NCBI GenBank assembly: GCA_030830005.1
Contig: JAURNV010000022.1
Coordinates: forward strand, 2,169 to 66,168
Length of the DNA: 64,000 nucleotides
Source: Flavobacteriaceae bacterium
Lineage (GTDB): Bacteria > Bacteroidota > Bacteroidia > Flavobacteriales > Flavobacteriaceae
Reading direction: 5' to 3'
Shown here: positions 42,321 through 52,493 of the stretch, piece after piece
Layout of the letters: every line of letters starts with the position of its first letter
Position numbering within the stretch: the first letter of the stretch is position 1
Notes under the pieces: model-generated
Databases searched by the model: none
Told to the model about the DNA's origin: nothing
What the model saw: the letters and a program-made list of their open reading frames with translations, nothing else
Made by a program: the position numbers and the translations under genes

Positions 42321-44729
42321 CTATTGTCGCAGGTTTGCACCGAGCTGTTTTTCATACTCTTGTGCAATTCGCTTCATGGTTTTATCAATTTGTTTTTCTG
42401 TAAGGGTTTTGTTTTTATCAACAAGAGTAAAGCTTAACGCATAAGATTTTTTTCCATCTGGTATTCCCTTTCCTGTAAATACATCAAAAAGAGAAACATT
42501 TTTTAATAAGGTACGCTCTGTTTTTAGCGCAATTTCATATAACTCTTCAAAAGAAGTATCGTTATTTACTAATAGTGCTAAGTCTCTTTGTACTGAAGGG
42601 TATTTTGAAAGCGGCTCAACGGTTATTTTTTGCTTGGAAAATTCCATTAGCTCTTCAGCAAATAGCGTACATCCATAAACATCATGTTCTATAGTTAAAT
42701 TATCAAAAGCTTTGGTGTTTACTAAACCAAGTGTTCCAATGGAAGTATTCCCCACAACAAAATCAATACTTTCTTTAAAGTATGGATTGGTTCCTGGAGT
42801 CTCTTTTACTACAATTCCTAACCGATCAAATAAACTGTTTATTACCCCTTTTAAAAAGAAAAAATCTGCTGGATACTCTCCAATAGACCAATGATTTGAA
42901 AATTGCTTTCCTGTCACAACTACTCCCAGTATTTCACGCTGAATTACTTCAGTTTCTGTTTTGTGGTAACTGTTTCCAAACTCGAAAAACCTTAGGTTGC
43001 TTTGCTGCCTGTTAATGTTAAATTGAATCGCCTCGAGCATACCGTAAAGAATATGGGTTCGCATTACCGACAATTCACTGCTCAGGGGATTTAGAATTTC
43101 TACCATAGCATCACCAGTATTGGCGTGTTTTGGCGTGGTTAAAGAGTTATTGTATAATTCATAAAAACCTTGTGCAACTAACTGTTTCGCAATTCGTTGT
43201 TGGTTTGTGTATGACCCTTTGTTAAGGGTTTCTGGAACTGAGCTATTGAGTTTCGAACTTGTAGGAACATTGTTGTATCCGTACACACGTAAAACTTCTT
43301 CTACAATATCGGCAGGCCTACGTACATCTGAACGGTAAGCAGGAACGGAAAGACCAAGAGATGTTTCAGTAACATTGGTGACTTTAATATCAAGCGACTG
43401 TAAAATTTTCTTAACGACTTCTTTTGGTATTTCGTGCCCAATCAAACGAGTCATATAATCAAATTTCAATAAGACGTTGTGAGGCTGTTGTTTTAGTGGA
43501 TATTCATCAATAATATCTGACGAAACTGCACCACCTGCAACCTCTTGAATTAATAGGGCAGCACGTTTTAAAGCGAAATCCACCAAATCAATATCAATAC
43601 TGCGTTCATACCTAAATGAAGCATCGGTGCTTAAGCCGTGCCTTTTTGCTGTTTTTCTAATGGTTACGGGGTCAAAATAGGCACTTTCTAAAAATATTTC
43701 GGTAGTATTATCAGTAACTCCAGAAGCTAACCCTCCAAAAACTCCTGCTAAGCACATGGGAGTGTCTCCGTTACAAATCATTAAATCTTCTTCGCTAAGT
43801 TTGCGTTCTACACCGTCTAAGGTAACAAATGGAGTTCCTTCTTTTAACTTTTGAACGCGTACTACCCCCTCAGTGATTTTACTTGCATCAAATGCGTGTA
43901 AAGGCTGCCCAAATTCATGAAGGACATAATTGGTTATGTCTACAATATTGTTAATGGGTTTTAAGCCAATTGCCTTAAGCCGATGTTGAATGTGTTCAGG
44001 GGATTCTTTTACTTTGACTCCTGAAATACGTAGCCCACAATACCTTGGAGCGGCGCTATTGTCTTTTACTTCTACTTTAATAGCACCACTGTAATTATCA
44101 ACATGAAAAGAACTTGTTGCAGGAGTAATAAGGGTGGGTGTTTCTTTTTTGCGCATCAAAGCAGCTCGTAAATCACGTGCTACCCCAAAGTGGCTCATGG
44201 CGTCGGAACGGTTAGGCGTTAATCCAATTTCAAAAACTTCATCAGAAACAATAGCAAAGACTTCTTTACAAGCCTTTCCTACCTTATGATGCTTCTCTAA
44301 AACCATGATTCCTTCATGGCTATTGCCAAGGCCAAGCTCGTCTTCAGCACAAATCATACCTTCGCTAACTTCGCCTCGTATTTTACTTTTGTTAATTACA
44401 AAAGCCTCGCCATTTTTTGTGTAAAGTGTAGTGCCTACTGTTGCCACTGGGACGGTCTGGCCTGCAGCCACGTTAGGGGCTCCACATACAATTTGTACAG
44501 GCTTTTCTGCCCCAATATCTACCTTTGTGACCTTAAGTTTGTCTGCGTTTGAATGTTTTTCACAACTGAGTATTTTGCCAATTACAACACCCTCAAGTCC
44601 TCCTTTAATAGATTGATATTGATGAATTCCTTCGACTTCTAGGCCTAAGTCGGTTAGCATGGCGCCAACTTCTTTGGTGCTTAATTCTGTATTTATAAAG
44701 TCGCGGAGCCAGTTAAACGAGATGTGCAT
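42321..44729 (-). CDS. pheT: phenylalanine--tRNA ligase beta subunit
   Basis: 802 aa with the typical N-terminus (MHISFNWLRDFI), a tRNA-binding domain, B3/4 and B5 domains and a C-terminal FDX-ACB domain. Confidence 0.9.
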   Translation of the reverse strand: MHISFNWLRDFINTELSTKEVGAMLTDLGLEVEGIHQYQSIKGGLEGVVIGKILSCEKHSNADKLKVTKVDIGAEKPVQIVCGAPNVAAGQTVPVATVGTTLYTKNGEAFVINKSKIRGEVSEGMICAEDELGLGNSHEGIMVLEKHHKVGKACKEVFAIVSDEVFEIGLTPNRSDAMSHFGVARDLRAALMRKKETPTLITPATSSFHVDNYSGAIKVEVKDNSAAPRYCGLRISGVKVKESPEHIQHRLKAIGLKPINNIVDITNYVLHEFGQPLHAFDASKITEGVVRVQKLKEGTPFVTLDGVERKLSEEDLMICNGDTPMCLAGVFGGLASGVTDNTTEIFLESAYFDPVTIRKTAKRHGLSTDASFRYERSIDIDLVDFALKRAALLIQEVAGGAVSSDIIDEYPLKQQPHNVLLKFDYMTRLIGHEIPKEVVKKILQSLDIKVTNVTETSLGLSVPAYRSDVRRPADIVEEVLRVYGYNNVPTSSKLNSSVPETLNKGSYTNQQRIAKQLVAQGFYELYNNSLTTPKHANTGDAMVEILNPLSSELSVMRTHILYGMLEAIQFNINRQQSNLRFFEFGNSYHKTETEVIQREILGVVVTGKQFSNHWSIGEYPADFFFLKGVINSLFDRLGIVVKETPGTNPYFKESIDFVVGNTSIGTLGLVNTKAFDNLTIEHDVYGCTLFAEELMEFSKQKITVEPLSKYPSVQRDLALLVNNDTSFEELYEIALKTERTLLKNVSLFDVFTGKGIPDGKKSYALSFTLVDKNKTLTEKQIDKTMKRIAQEYEKQLGANLRQ

Positions 44730-44775
44730 GTTGCCTATTTAAGTTGCAAAGATACGATTATGAAGTTTTTATTTT

Positions 44776-46875
44776 TCAACCAATGTACTTCCAAATACTT
44801 TTTCCTTGTTGCGTTAGCGCAAGGGCTTCACGAAGAACGGTATTTTCTTGTTGCATTAAATTTATATCATGTAAAAGAATATTGTCTACCGCATGGCGAA
44901 CCGTTTTTAATAACTCCCCGTCTTTTTTCAAATTTGCAATGAGAAAGGGGATAAGTCCACTTTGCTGAGTACCCATCAGATCTCCAGGCCCCCGTAGCGC
45001 TAAATCTACTTCAGCAAGCTCAAAACCGTCTTGAGTACGAACCATAGTTTGAATTCGTGTTTGGGCATCCGGACTAAGTTTATTTCCCGTCATGAGTATG
45101 CAATAGCTTTTGTTTGCTCCACGGCCTACGCGTCCCCGGAGTTGGTGTAACTGCGATAGTCCAAAACGCTCCGCACTTTCTATTATCATCACACTAGCGT
45201 TGGGAATGTTTACACCAACTTCGATTACCGTTGTTGCCACCATTATTTGTGTTTTTCCTGACGCAAAACGCTCCATTTCATACGCTTTATCCTCAGCATT
45301 CATTTTACCGTGAACTATACTTACCTGAAAATTAGGCAATGGAAATTCACGAACAATACTTTCGTAACCGTCCATCAAATCTTTATAATCCAAAACACTG
45401 GACTCTTGTATTAGGGGATATACAATATAAATTTGATGCCCTTTTGCAATTTCCTCTTTAATAAATTGGAAAATAGCCAATCGCTTGCTGTCAAACCGAT
45501 GCAGTGTAGTGATAGGCTTTCTTCCAGGAGGAAGTTCATCGATAACCGAAAGGTCTAAGTCCCCATAAGCAGTCATTGCCAAAGTTCTGGGGATGGGAGT
45601 TGCCGTCATTACCAAAACATTTGGTGGGACGCTGTTTTTACGCCACAATTTTGCGCGTTGTGCAACTCCAAAGCGATGTTGTTCATCAATGATTGCTAAC
45701 CCTAATTTATGAAAATTAACAGGCTGCTCGAATACCGCATGCGTACCAATCAAAATATGCATTTTGCCATTTGCCAATTCCTCCAATAAGGGTGTGCGTA
45801 CACTCTTTTTTACAGACCCTGTAAGAAGACCAACATTAATTTTCAGGGGGTTAAGTAGGCTGCTGATATTGGCAAAATGCTGTTGTGCTAATATTTCGGT
45901 AGGAGCAACAATTGTGGCTTGCATTCCATTGTCTAGCGCAATAAGCATGCACAACACCGCCACGATAGTCTTTCCTGAGCCCACATCGCCTTGTAACAGT
46001 CGATTCATTTGTGCTTCACTTTTTAGGTCAGCTCTAATTTCTCGTACCACACGTTTTTGCGCTTCAGTAAGCGGAAAGGGGAGGTGTTTGTAAAAAAAGT
46101 CATTAAAATAAGCCCCAACTATTTCAAAAGGTATTCCCTTAAGCTGTTGTTTGCGATGTATTTTTTTTAATCCCAATTGGAGTTGTACAAAAAACAATTC
46201 TTCAAACTTCATACGGTACTGCGCCCTTGAAAGTGCTTCTTGTGATTTTGGGAAGTGTAGCGTTGTAAGCGCAAGCGTCTTGCCTATCAACTGGTATTGC
46301 TTCAATAGCTGAGGGGGTAATACTTCTTGAATTCCAGCATTTATTTCCTCAAATAAATGCACCATGACTTGACGCATTACTCGTTGTGTGATTCCACTTT
46401 TAAGTAAGGCCTCTGTAGAGGGATAAACAGGCTGAAAATTCCCTTTTCGTTGTTCGTGATCTTCCATAAGCTCAAGTTCGGGATGGGCAATTGAACATTT
46501 TTTGCCAAACCAACTTAACCTGCCAAACGCAACGTATGGTGTATGGAGTTGTAACGATTTTTGAATCCATTGATGCCCACGGAACCATACGAGCTCAATG
46601 TGGCTTTGCCCGTCAGAAAACGTTGCTACAAGACGACTCCCACGCTGTTGTTTTACGGTTTCGAGATGGGTAATACTACCTACTACTTGCACTTCTGCGT
46701 TTGTGTTTTGAACATTAGAAGGTGTAAAATGTTGACTCCTGTCAATATATCGATTTGGAAAAAAATACAGCAAGTCTTGTAGCGTATGAATCCCCAACTC
46801 TTTTTTTAGCAATTGTGCTCGGTTTGGTCCTACGCCTTTGAGGTAGTCTATCGGTTTTTGTAGCAGTACCGCCAT
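44776..46875 (-). CDS. recG: ATP-dependent DNA helicase RecG
   Basis: 699 aa with a wedge domain followed by SF2 helicase motifs (GDVGSGKT, DEQHRFG, QLHQLRGRVGRG). Confidence 0.9.
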   Translation of the reverse strand: MAVLLQKPIDYLKGVGPNRAQLLKKELGIHTLQDLLYFFPNRYIDRSQHFTPSNVQNTNAEVQVVGSITHLETVKQQRGSRLVATFSDGQSHIELVWFRGHQWIQKSLQLHTPYVAFGRLSWFGKKCSIAHPELELMEDHEQRKGNFQPVYPSTEALLKSGITQRVMRQVMVHLFEEINAGIQEVLPPQLLKQYQLIGKTLALTTLHFPKSQEALSRAQYRMKFEELFFVQLQLGLKKIHRKQQLKGIPFEIVGAYFNDFFYKHLPFPLTEAQKRVVREIRADLKSEAQMNRLLQGDVGSGKTIVAVLCMLIALDNGMQATIVAPTEILAQQHFANISSLLNPLKINVGLLTGSVKKSVRTPLLEELANGKMHILIGTHAVFEQPVNFHKLGLAIIDEQHRFGVAQRAKLWRKNSVPPNVLVMTATPIPRTLAMTAYGDLDLSVIDELPPGRKPITTLHRFDSKRLAIFQFIKEEIAKGHQIYIVYPLIQESSVLDYKDLMDGYESIVREFPLPNFQVSIVHGKMNAEDKAYEMERFASGKTQIMVATTVIEVGVNIPNASVMIIESAERFGLSQLHQLRGRVGRGANKSYCILMTGNKLSPDAQTRIQTMVRTQDGFELAEVDLALRGPGDLMGTQQSGLIPFLIANLKKDGELLKTVRHAVDNILLHDINLMQQENTVLREALALTQQGKSIWKYIG

Positions 46876-46970
46876 AAAAAACGAAGATAGTAGTTTCCTG
46901 TTAATAACTATTTCTATTGTGTCTTTAACAACCGTGTGCGTTTGGTTATTTTCACTTTTTAATCGTTGTT

Positions 46971-49274
46971 TTGGAGGATTATCTCAAACTACTTAATGAG
47001 GCACAACAAAAGCCCACTGTGCATAAAGACGGTCCGCTAATGGTTATTGCTGGCGCAGGTTCCGGAAAAACACGTGTGCTTACCTATAGAATTGCTTATT
47101 TGATGCAGCAAGGTGCTGATGCGTTCTCCATTTTAGCATTGACTTTTACAAACAAGGCCGCTCGTGAGATGAAAGCGCGCATTGCGAAAATTGTTGGGGA
47201 TAGTGAAGCCAGAAATTTATGGATGGGTACTTTTCATTCCGTTTTTGCGCGGATACTTCGCTCTGAAGCCGACCGACTGGGATATCCATCAAGTTTTACG
47301 ATTTATGACACTCAAGATTCCGAACGCTTACTATCATCTATTATAAAGGAGTTAGCGCTTGACAAAGACCTGTATAAGGTAAAGCAAATACGTGCCCGAA
47401 TTTCTTCGTTTAAAAATAGTTTGATTACTGTACGTGCCTATTACAATAATCCAGAGTTGTTAGAGGCTGACAGAGAATCAAAGCGCCCCGAAATGGGGGT
47501 TATTTATAAAGAATACGTAGATCGGTGTTTTAAGGCAGGGGCTATGGACTTTGACGATTTATTACTTAAAACAAATGAATTGCTTAATCGATTTCCCGAA
47601 GTACTTGCCAAATACCAAGATCGTTTTCGCTATATTTTAGTTGATGAGTATCAGGATACTAACCATTCGCAATATTTGATTGTTCGTGCTTTAGCAGATC
47701 GCTATCAAAATATTTGTGTTGTGGGTGATGATGCACAAAGCATTTATGCGTTTCGCGGTGCTAATATTCAAAATATCCTAAATTTTAGACACGATTATCC
47801 CAATGCAGCAGTTTATAAATTAGAGCAAAATTATAGATCTTCTGCTATGATTGTTCGTGCCGCAAATTCCGTGATAACACATAACCAAAATAGACTTGAG
47901 AAAAAGGTTTGGACGGCAAACCCAGAGGGGCATAAAATTCGTATTCATAGAAGTCCAACCGATGGGGAAGAAGGACGGTATGTTGCAGGAGACATTTTTG
48001 AGCGGTCTATGCAAAATCAACTTGGTTACGATAATTTTGCTATTCTTTACCGAACAAATGCACAGTCCAGGGCCATGGAAGACTCACTTCGAAAACGCAA
48101 CATTCCGTACCGTGTCTATGGAGGAGTATCGTTTTATCAGCGGAAAGAAATTAAAGATGTATTGGCATATTTGCGACTGTTGGTTAACCCCAACGACGAA
48201 GAAAGCCTAAAGCGAATTATCAATTACCCTATGCGTGGTATAGGGCAAACTACTACAGATAAACTTGTTGTTGCCGCAAAGCAACATGATCTACCGCTTT
48301 ATGAGGTTTTGGGTAAAGTACAAGATCTTCCGTTGAACATAAACGCAGGAACGCGTGCTAAACTACAGGATTTTCACACCATGATCGAATCCTTCAGAAC
48401 ACAGCTTGCTACGCATGATGCATTTGAACTTGCAGATTTGGTAACCAAAAAAGCGGGCTTGGTTAACGAGCTTAAAAACGAAGGTACTCCAGAAGCAATA
48501 ACACGCATTGAGAACATTGAAGAGTTGCTAAACGGAATTAAAGATTTTGTGGATGGTCAGCAAGAAATCGTTGATGCATCGGGCTCATTGGTGGAGTTTT
48601 TGGAAGATGTGGCCCTTGCCACAGATTTTGATAATGATACAAAGGATAAAAATGCGGTTTCTATGATGACCATTCACTTAGCAAAAGGACTCGAATTTCC
48701 CAATGTGTACATCGTAGGATTAGAAGAAGATTTATTTCCTTCTGCGATGAGTGTTAACACTCGCGCCGAATTGGAAGAAGAACGCCGCCTTTTTTATGTG
48801 GCACTCACACGCGCCGAAAAGCGAGTAACGTTAACCTATACACTTTCTAGATATCGTTGGGGAAAAATTATTGATGCTGAACCAAGTCGCTTCCTGAGTG
48901 AGTTAGACGAGTCTTGCGTGGATAATCAAGTAACACAAGACGATTATGTCTTTAAGCCTATGATGGACACTTCTGTTTTTGATGCTCCCGATCCGAATCG
49001 TGTTCGTTTTAAGTCATTACAGCAAAAGAAACCTTCTCCTATTGTTCCTCCAAAAGCTAAAATGAAAGCTGTTTCAAAAACTTCTGCAAATGACCCTACA
49101 CTCAACCTATCTGAACTTCAATTAGGAGCAAGAGTTTCGCACAGTCGTTTTGGTTTTGGGACCGTAGAAAATTTGGAAGGTGTTGGAAACGACTCAAAAG
49201 CACTCATTCGCTTTGATCAATCGGGAGAGAAAAACTTGCTTTTGCGCTTTGCAAAGCTGAAAATCATTAAATAA
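46971..49274 (+). CDS. UvrD/PcrA/Rep-family SF1 DNA helicase
   Basis: 767 aa with a TTG start and helicase motifs (AGAGSGKT, VDEYQDTN, YRSS, TIHLAKGLEF). A C-terminal Tudor-like tail is present (GARVSHSRFGFGTVENLEG). Confidence 0.85.
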   Translation: MEDYLKLLNEAQQKPTVHKDGPLMVIAGAGSGKTRVLTYRIAYLMQQGADAFSILALTFTNKAAREMKARIAKIVGDSEARNLWMGTFHSVFARILRSEADRLGYPSSFTIYDTQDSERLLSSIIKELALDKDLYKVKQIRARISSFKNSLITVRAYYNNPELLEADRESKRPEMGVIYKEYVDRCFKAGAMDFDDLLLKTNELLNRFPEVLAKYQDRFRYILVDEYQDTNHSQYLIVRALADRYQNICVVGDDAQSIYAFRGANIQNILNFRHDYPNAAVYKLEQNYRSSAMIVRAANSVITHNQNRLEKKVWTANPEGHKIRIHRSPTDGEEGRYVAGDIFERSMQNQLGYDNFAILYRTNAQSRAMEDSLRKRNIPYRVYGGVSFYQRKEIKDVLAYLRLLVNPNDEESLKRIINYPMRGIGQTTTDKLVVAAKQHDLPLYEVLGKVQDLPLNINAGTRAKLQDFHTMIESFRTQLATHDAFELADLVTKKAGLVNELKNEGTPEAITRIENIEELLNGIKDFVDGQQEIVDASGSLVEFLEDVALATDFDNDTKDKNAVSMMTIHLAKGLEFPNVYIVGLEEDLFPSAMSVNTRAELEEERRLFYVALTRAEKRVTLTYTLSRYRWGKIIDAEPSRFLSELDESCVDNQVTQDDYVFKPMMDTSVFDAPDPNRVRFKSLQQKKPSPIVPPKAKMKAVSKTSANDPTLNLSELQLGARVSHSRFGFGTVENLEGVGNDSKALIRFDQSGEKNLLLRFAKLKIIK

Positions 49275-49277
49275 AAA

Positions 49278-49297
49278 AGCAGCCCTAAGGCTGCTTT
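49278..49297. terminator. bidirectional intrinsic terminator between the helicase gene and the ompA-like gene
   Basis: Stem agcagcc / ggctgct with loop ctaa, flanked by an A-run upstream and a T-run downstream. It lies between convergent genes. Confidence 0.6.
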
Positions 49298-49320
49298 AAT
49301 TACGCTAAAATATTACGGTT

Positions 49321-50190
49321 TTATTTAGAAGCCGCTTCCATTCCTTGTTCTAATAAATCAAAGAATTGATCAAGTTTTGGCAGCACGATAATGCGTGTTC
49401 TTCGGTTACGTGCACGTCCGTCTAAAGTTTCGTTGTCTGCAACAGGAATATACGAACTACGCCCAGCAGCAGTCATACGCGCTGGATCAACCAAGAAATC
49501 GTTTTGTAATATGCGCACTACGGCTGTAGCACGTTTCACACTCAAATCCCAGTTATCTACAAGCACATTGCTGTCTTTTTTGACAGGTACATTATCGGTA
49601 TGACCTTCAACCATAAACTCCAAATCGGTTTTATCGTTAATAACACGCGCTACTTTACCAAGTACCTCTTTTGCACGCTGGGTTACGGTATAGCTTCCGC
49701 TACGGAATAATAATTTATCAGAAATGGATATAAACACCACACCTTTTTCAACATTTACCTCAATATCGGCATCGTTTATATCAACAAGTGCACCTTTAAG
49801 ACTAGTTACTAAAGCTAAAGTAACCGAATCGCGGCGTGTAACTGCGTCTTGCATTCGGGTAATGCGCAAATCCTTTTCTTTTAATGATTCTAACGAACGC
49901 TCTAGGTTTTCGGCTCCTTTTTGTGATAGGGTTGTCAGGTTGCCCATGTTGTTGATGAGTTCCTGGTTGTTTGATTTTAAGAAACTAATTTGGTCACGTA
50001 ACGCCGCTACTGAAGCATCGCTTTTGGCCTTTTCGTCAATACACGAATTTAATCTTACCGTTGCCGAGTTTAATAAGTCTTTGGTTTCTTTGTGATCTGT
50101 TTCAAGGGCACTGTATTTTTTCTGGGATACACATGAAGTTAGCAATACAGGAATTGCAAGTAACAAGATTAGGATTTTTTTCATCATCAA
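49321..50190 (-). CDS. OmpA/MotB-family peptidoglycan-binding lipoprotein with a coiled-coil N-region
   Basis: 289 aa with the lipobox LTSC and a C-terminal OmpA-like domain (VEGHTDNVP, NWDLSVKRA, NRRTRIIV). Confidence 0.8.
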   Translation of the reverse strand: MMMKKILILLLAIPVLLTSCVSQKKYSALETDHKETKDLLNSATVRLNSCIDEKAKSDASVAALRDQISFLKSNNQELINNMGNLTTLSQKGAENLERSLESLKEKDLRITRMQDAVTRRDSVTLALVTSLKGALVDINDADIEVNVEKGVVFISISDKLLFRSGSYTVTQRAKEVLGKVARVINDKTDLEFMVEGHTDNVPVKKDSNVLVDNWDLSVKRATAVVRILQNDFLVDPARMTAAGRSSYIPVADNETLDGRARNRRTRIIVLPKLDQFFDLLEQGMEAASK

Positions 50191-50311
50191 AATTATTTAT
50201 GTTGTAAAATTACTAGAAAAACGTCTATTCAGGGTGTTTTCTTGTGTTAATGTTATGAAAAAAAAATAACCCTAAATTAATTTTATTAAATTTAAACCAA
50301 AAGATATTAAA

Positions 50312-50491
50312 ATGTCAATGAAGTTTTTAAACAAATATTATCCTATACTTTTAGCATTACTTAGCTTTATTTACTCTGTTTATTTATGGTTTACGGGGAA
50401 TGAGTTGGAGGGTATTTATGTTGGGCTTTGGCCCATAACCATACTGGGTTTTGCCATTGCGATACGTCAAAGAAGAAGCGATGACAAATAA
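50312..50491 (+). CDS. candidate small membrane protein (59 aa, two hydrophobic segments)
   Basis: Not in the track because it is just under 60 aa. Hand translation: MSMKFLNKYYPILLALLSFIYSVYLWFTGNELEGIYVGLWPITILGFAIAIRQRRSDDK. It has two TM-like stretches and a basic C-terminus. Confidence 0.4.
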   Translation: MSMKFLNKYYPILLALLSFIYSVYLWFTGNELEGIYVGLWPITILGFAIAIRQRRSDDK

Positions 50492-50672
50492 AATCATGTT
50501 TTTTATTGGCTTGGCTATCGTGATGGTTTACAGCTATTTTTTGTTACGTATTGTTACCAATCAATCTAAGACAAAGGGAAGAAGAACTGTAGAAGAGTAC
50601 GATGTTTATGATGCAGACGGTATGGGTAATCAGGGGCGTTTTCCTGATAAAAAACCAAAAAACAGGGCATAA
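50481..50672 (+). CDS. candidate small membrane protein (63 aa, one TM plus a charged tail)
   Basis: Track ORF is 50451..50672 (TTG). The first ATG at 50481 gives MTNKIMFFIGLAIVMVYSYFLLRIVTNQSKTKGRR... It overlaps the preceding small ORF by 11 nt. Confidence 0.45.
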   Translation: MTNKIMFFIGLAIVMVYSYFLLRIVTNQSKTKGRRTVEEYDVYDADGMGNQGRFPDKKPKNRA

Positions 50673-51098
50673 GTCTTAGTGAGTGCATTTTCTTGACATG
50701 TGCCTAAACCCTACGTTAGTGAGGTTGCCACAACTAAGATTACTGTATGCTATCTAAATAGTTTAGAAGATTATAGCGGTTGAGCTTAAATTTTTTATTA
50801 TACATTCGCAATTCCTAAATGAATTGGTCAAATTGAACAGCTATGGTTGGCTCTCTTTTTGGCCTTTTCGCTTTTTAGCTTATTTTTTTATCATCAAAAC
50901 CATACTTTGGCTGTGCCTCGTGCCCTTTTTAAAACTTTCTTCATGTGTGTAGTGTTCATTTTTTAGTTTTGGGATATTAACCTTTTCTGTAATTTAATAA
51001 GATAGACACGCGTTACAAAAGCGTGCCAGAGGATGTCTAAGAGGCATTGCTATGTTTTGTTACTGTAAAATGCAACGGTTCCACACAATATCAATTTG

Positions 51099-52493
51099 TT
51101 ACTTTCCAATACAGAAGTTCGCAAAGATGTTTCCTAAAATATCGTCTGTGGTAACTTCCCCAGTAATGGTGCCCAGTTCATAGAGACTTTGTCGGATATC
51201 AATGGCAAGCAAATCGCTACTGCGGTTTGCTGCAATCCCTTGCGCTACCTCGTTTATACTCTGCATTGCCGCCTGCAACGCTCCCCAATGCCGCTGGTTG
51301 CTGATAAGCGCATTTCCGGTATTCCATTGCAACTGTCCGCTAAAATGCGTTTTTAATCGCTCAATGTCCGTATGGTCATGTGTGCTAATAACCTCAGTAG
51401 TATAAACGAGTTGTTCCGTTTCCAACATTTTTAATTCCTTTTTGTACTCACTGAGTTGCTTTTTTTGCATCAAATCCATTTTATTTATGACCAGTAAAAG
51501 CGTAACATTTTCTCTGTGGATAGCCTTCAGGGCCGCTGCGGTTTCTGCTGGTGTTTGTTGTTTCGGGTCTACAACATATAAAATGATAGATGCGCTTTCC
51601 ATCTTCTCGTGGGTACGCCGTACACCAATGGCTTCGACGGTGTCGTCGGTTTGTCGTAATCCTGCAGTGTCAATAAATCGGTACTGAATTCCGCCAATGG
51701 TTAGCGTGTCTTCAATGCTATCTCGAGTGGTGCCTTCTAAAGCCGAAACAATGGCTTTTTCTTCGTCAAGTAGGGCATTTAGCAAAGATGATTTACCAGC
51801 ATTTGGCTTTCCCACTAAGGCAACGGGGATGCCATTTTTAATAGCATTGCCTGTGGCAAATGAGTCCAATAGTTTTTTTAGGGTATCGTGAATCTGTTTT
51901 ACGAGCTTGTTCAACTGTTTGCGATCGGCAAAAGCAACATCTTCTTCGCTAAAGTCCAGTTCCAATTCAATAAGTGAGGCAAACTCAAGTAATCGTTCGC
52001 GTAACACACCAAGACTATTGCTGATTCCACCACGAAGGTGTTGCACCGCAATATGGTGGGCAGCTTCGCTTTCCGAAGCAATTAAATCGGCAACAGCTTC
52101 AGCCTGTGCCAAATCCATTTTTTTATTTAAAAAAGCACGGAGGGTAAATTCGCCAGGTTCGGCGAGACGCGCGCCCAAGTCTTGAAGGGTTTGCAGTACT
52201 TGTTGTTGCACATAAACAGAACCATGGCATGAGATTTCAACCACATCTTCACCGGTGTAGGAGTTTGGGGTTTTAAAAACAGAAACCAACACTTCATCGA
52301 TAAGCGTATGGTTTTGATAAAAATCCCCTAATAACACTCGGTGTGTGTCTTGTTCCACAAGTTTTTTTCCAAAACGTGAATCAAAGGCTTGCTGGGCAAG
52401 GGCAATAGCGTTCTCGCCACTCAGCCGTATAACAGCAATAGCAGCAGCGCCCGGAACGGTTGATAAGGCTACAATGGTATCGTTTGCTTTCAA
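51099..52493 (-). CDS. mnmE: tRNA modification GTPase MnmE
   Basis: 464 aa with G-domain motifs (GKPNAGKSSLLN, DTAG, NKMD) and the C-terminal CIGK motif. Confidence 0.9.
   Translation of the reverse strand: MKANDTIVALSTVPGAAAIAVIRLSGENAIALAQQAFDSRFGKKLVEQDTHRVLLGDFYQNHTLIDEVLVSVFKTPNSYTGEDVVEISCHGSVYVQQQVLQTLQDLGARLAEPGEFTLRAFLNKKMDLAQAEAVADLIASESEAAHHIAVQHLRGGISNSLGVLRERLLEFASLIELELDFSEEDVAFADRKQLNKLVKQIHDTLKKLLDSFATGNAIKNGIPVALVGKPNAGKSSLLNALLDEEKAIVSALEGTTRDSIEDTLTIGGIQYRFIDTAGLRQTDDTVEAIGVRRTHEKMESASIILYVVDPKQQTPAETAAALKAIHRENVTLLLVINKMDLMQKKQLSEYKKELKMLETEQLVYTTEVISTHDHTDIERLKTHFSGQLQWNTGNALISNQRHWGALQAAMQSINEVAQGIAANRSSDLLAIDIRQSLYELGTITGEVTTDDILGNIFANFCIGK

Noticed and set aside
50824-50952. 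A 42-codon TTG-initiated hydrophobic frame (LVKLNSYGWLSFWPFRFLAYFFIIKTILWLCLVPFLKLSSCV) inside the 426-bp gap, possibly a third small membrane protein.
   Set aside because: It has no ATG start. T-rich non-coding DNA translates to Phe/Leu-rich hydrophobic strings by default, and the frame has no charged flank pattern like the two upstream small ORFs. It is kept only as a note inside the non-coding-region finding.
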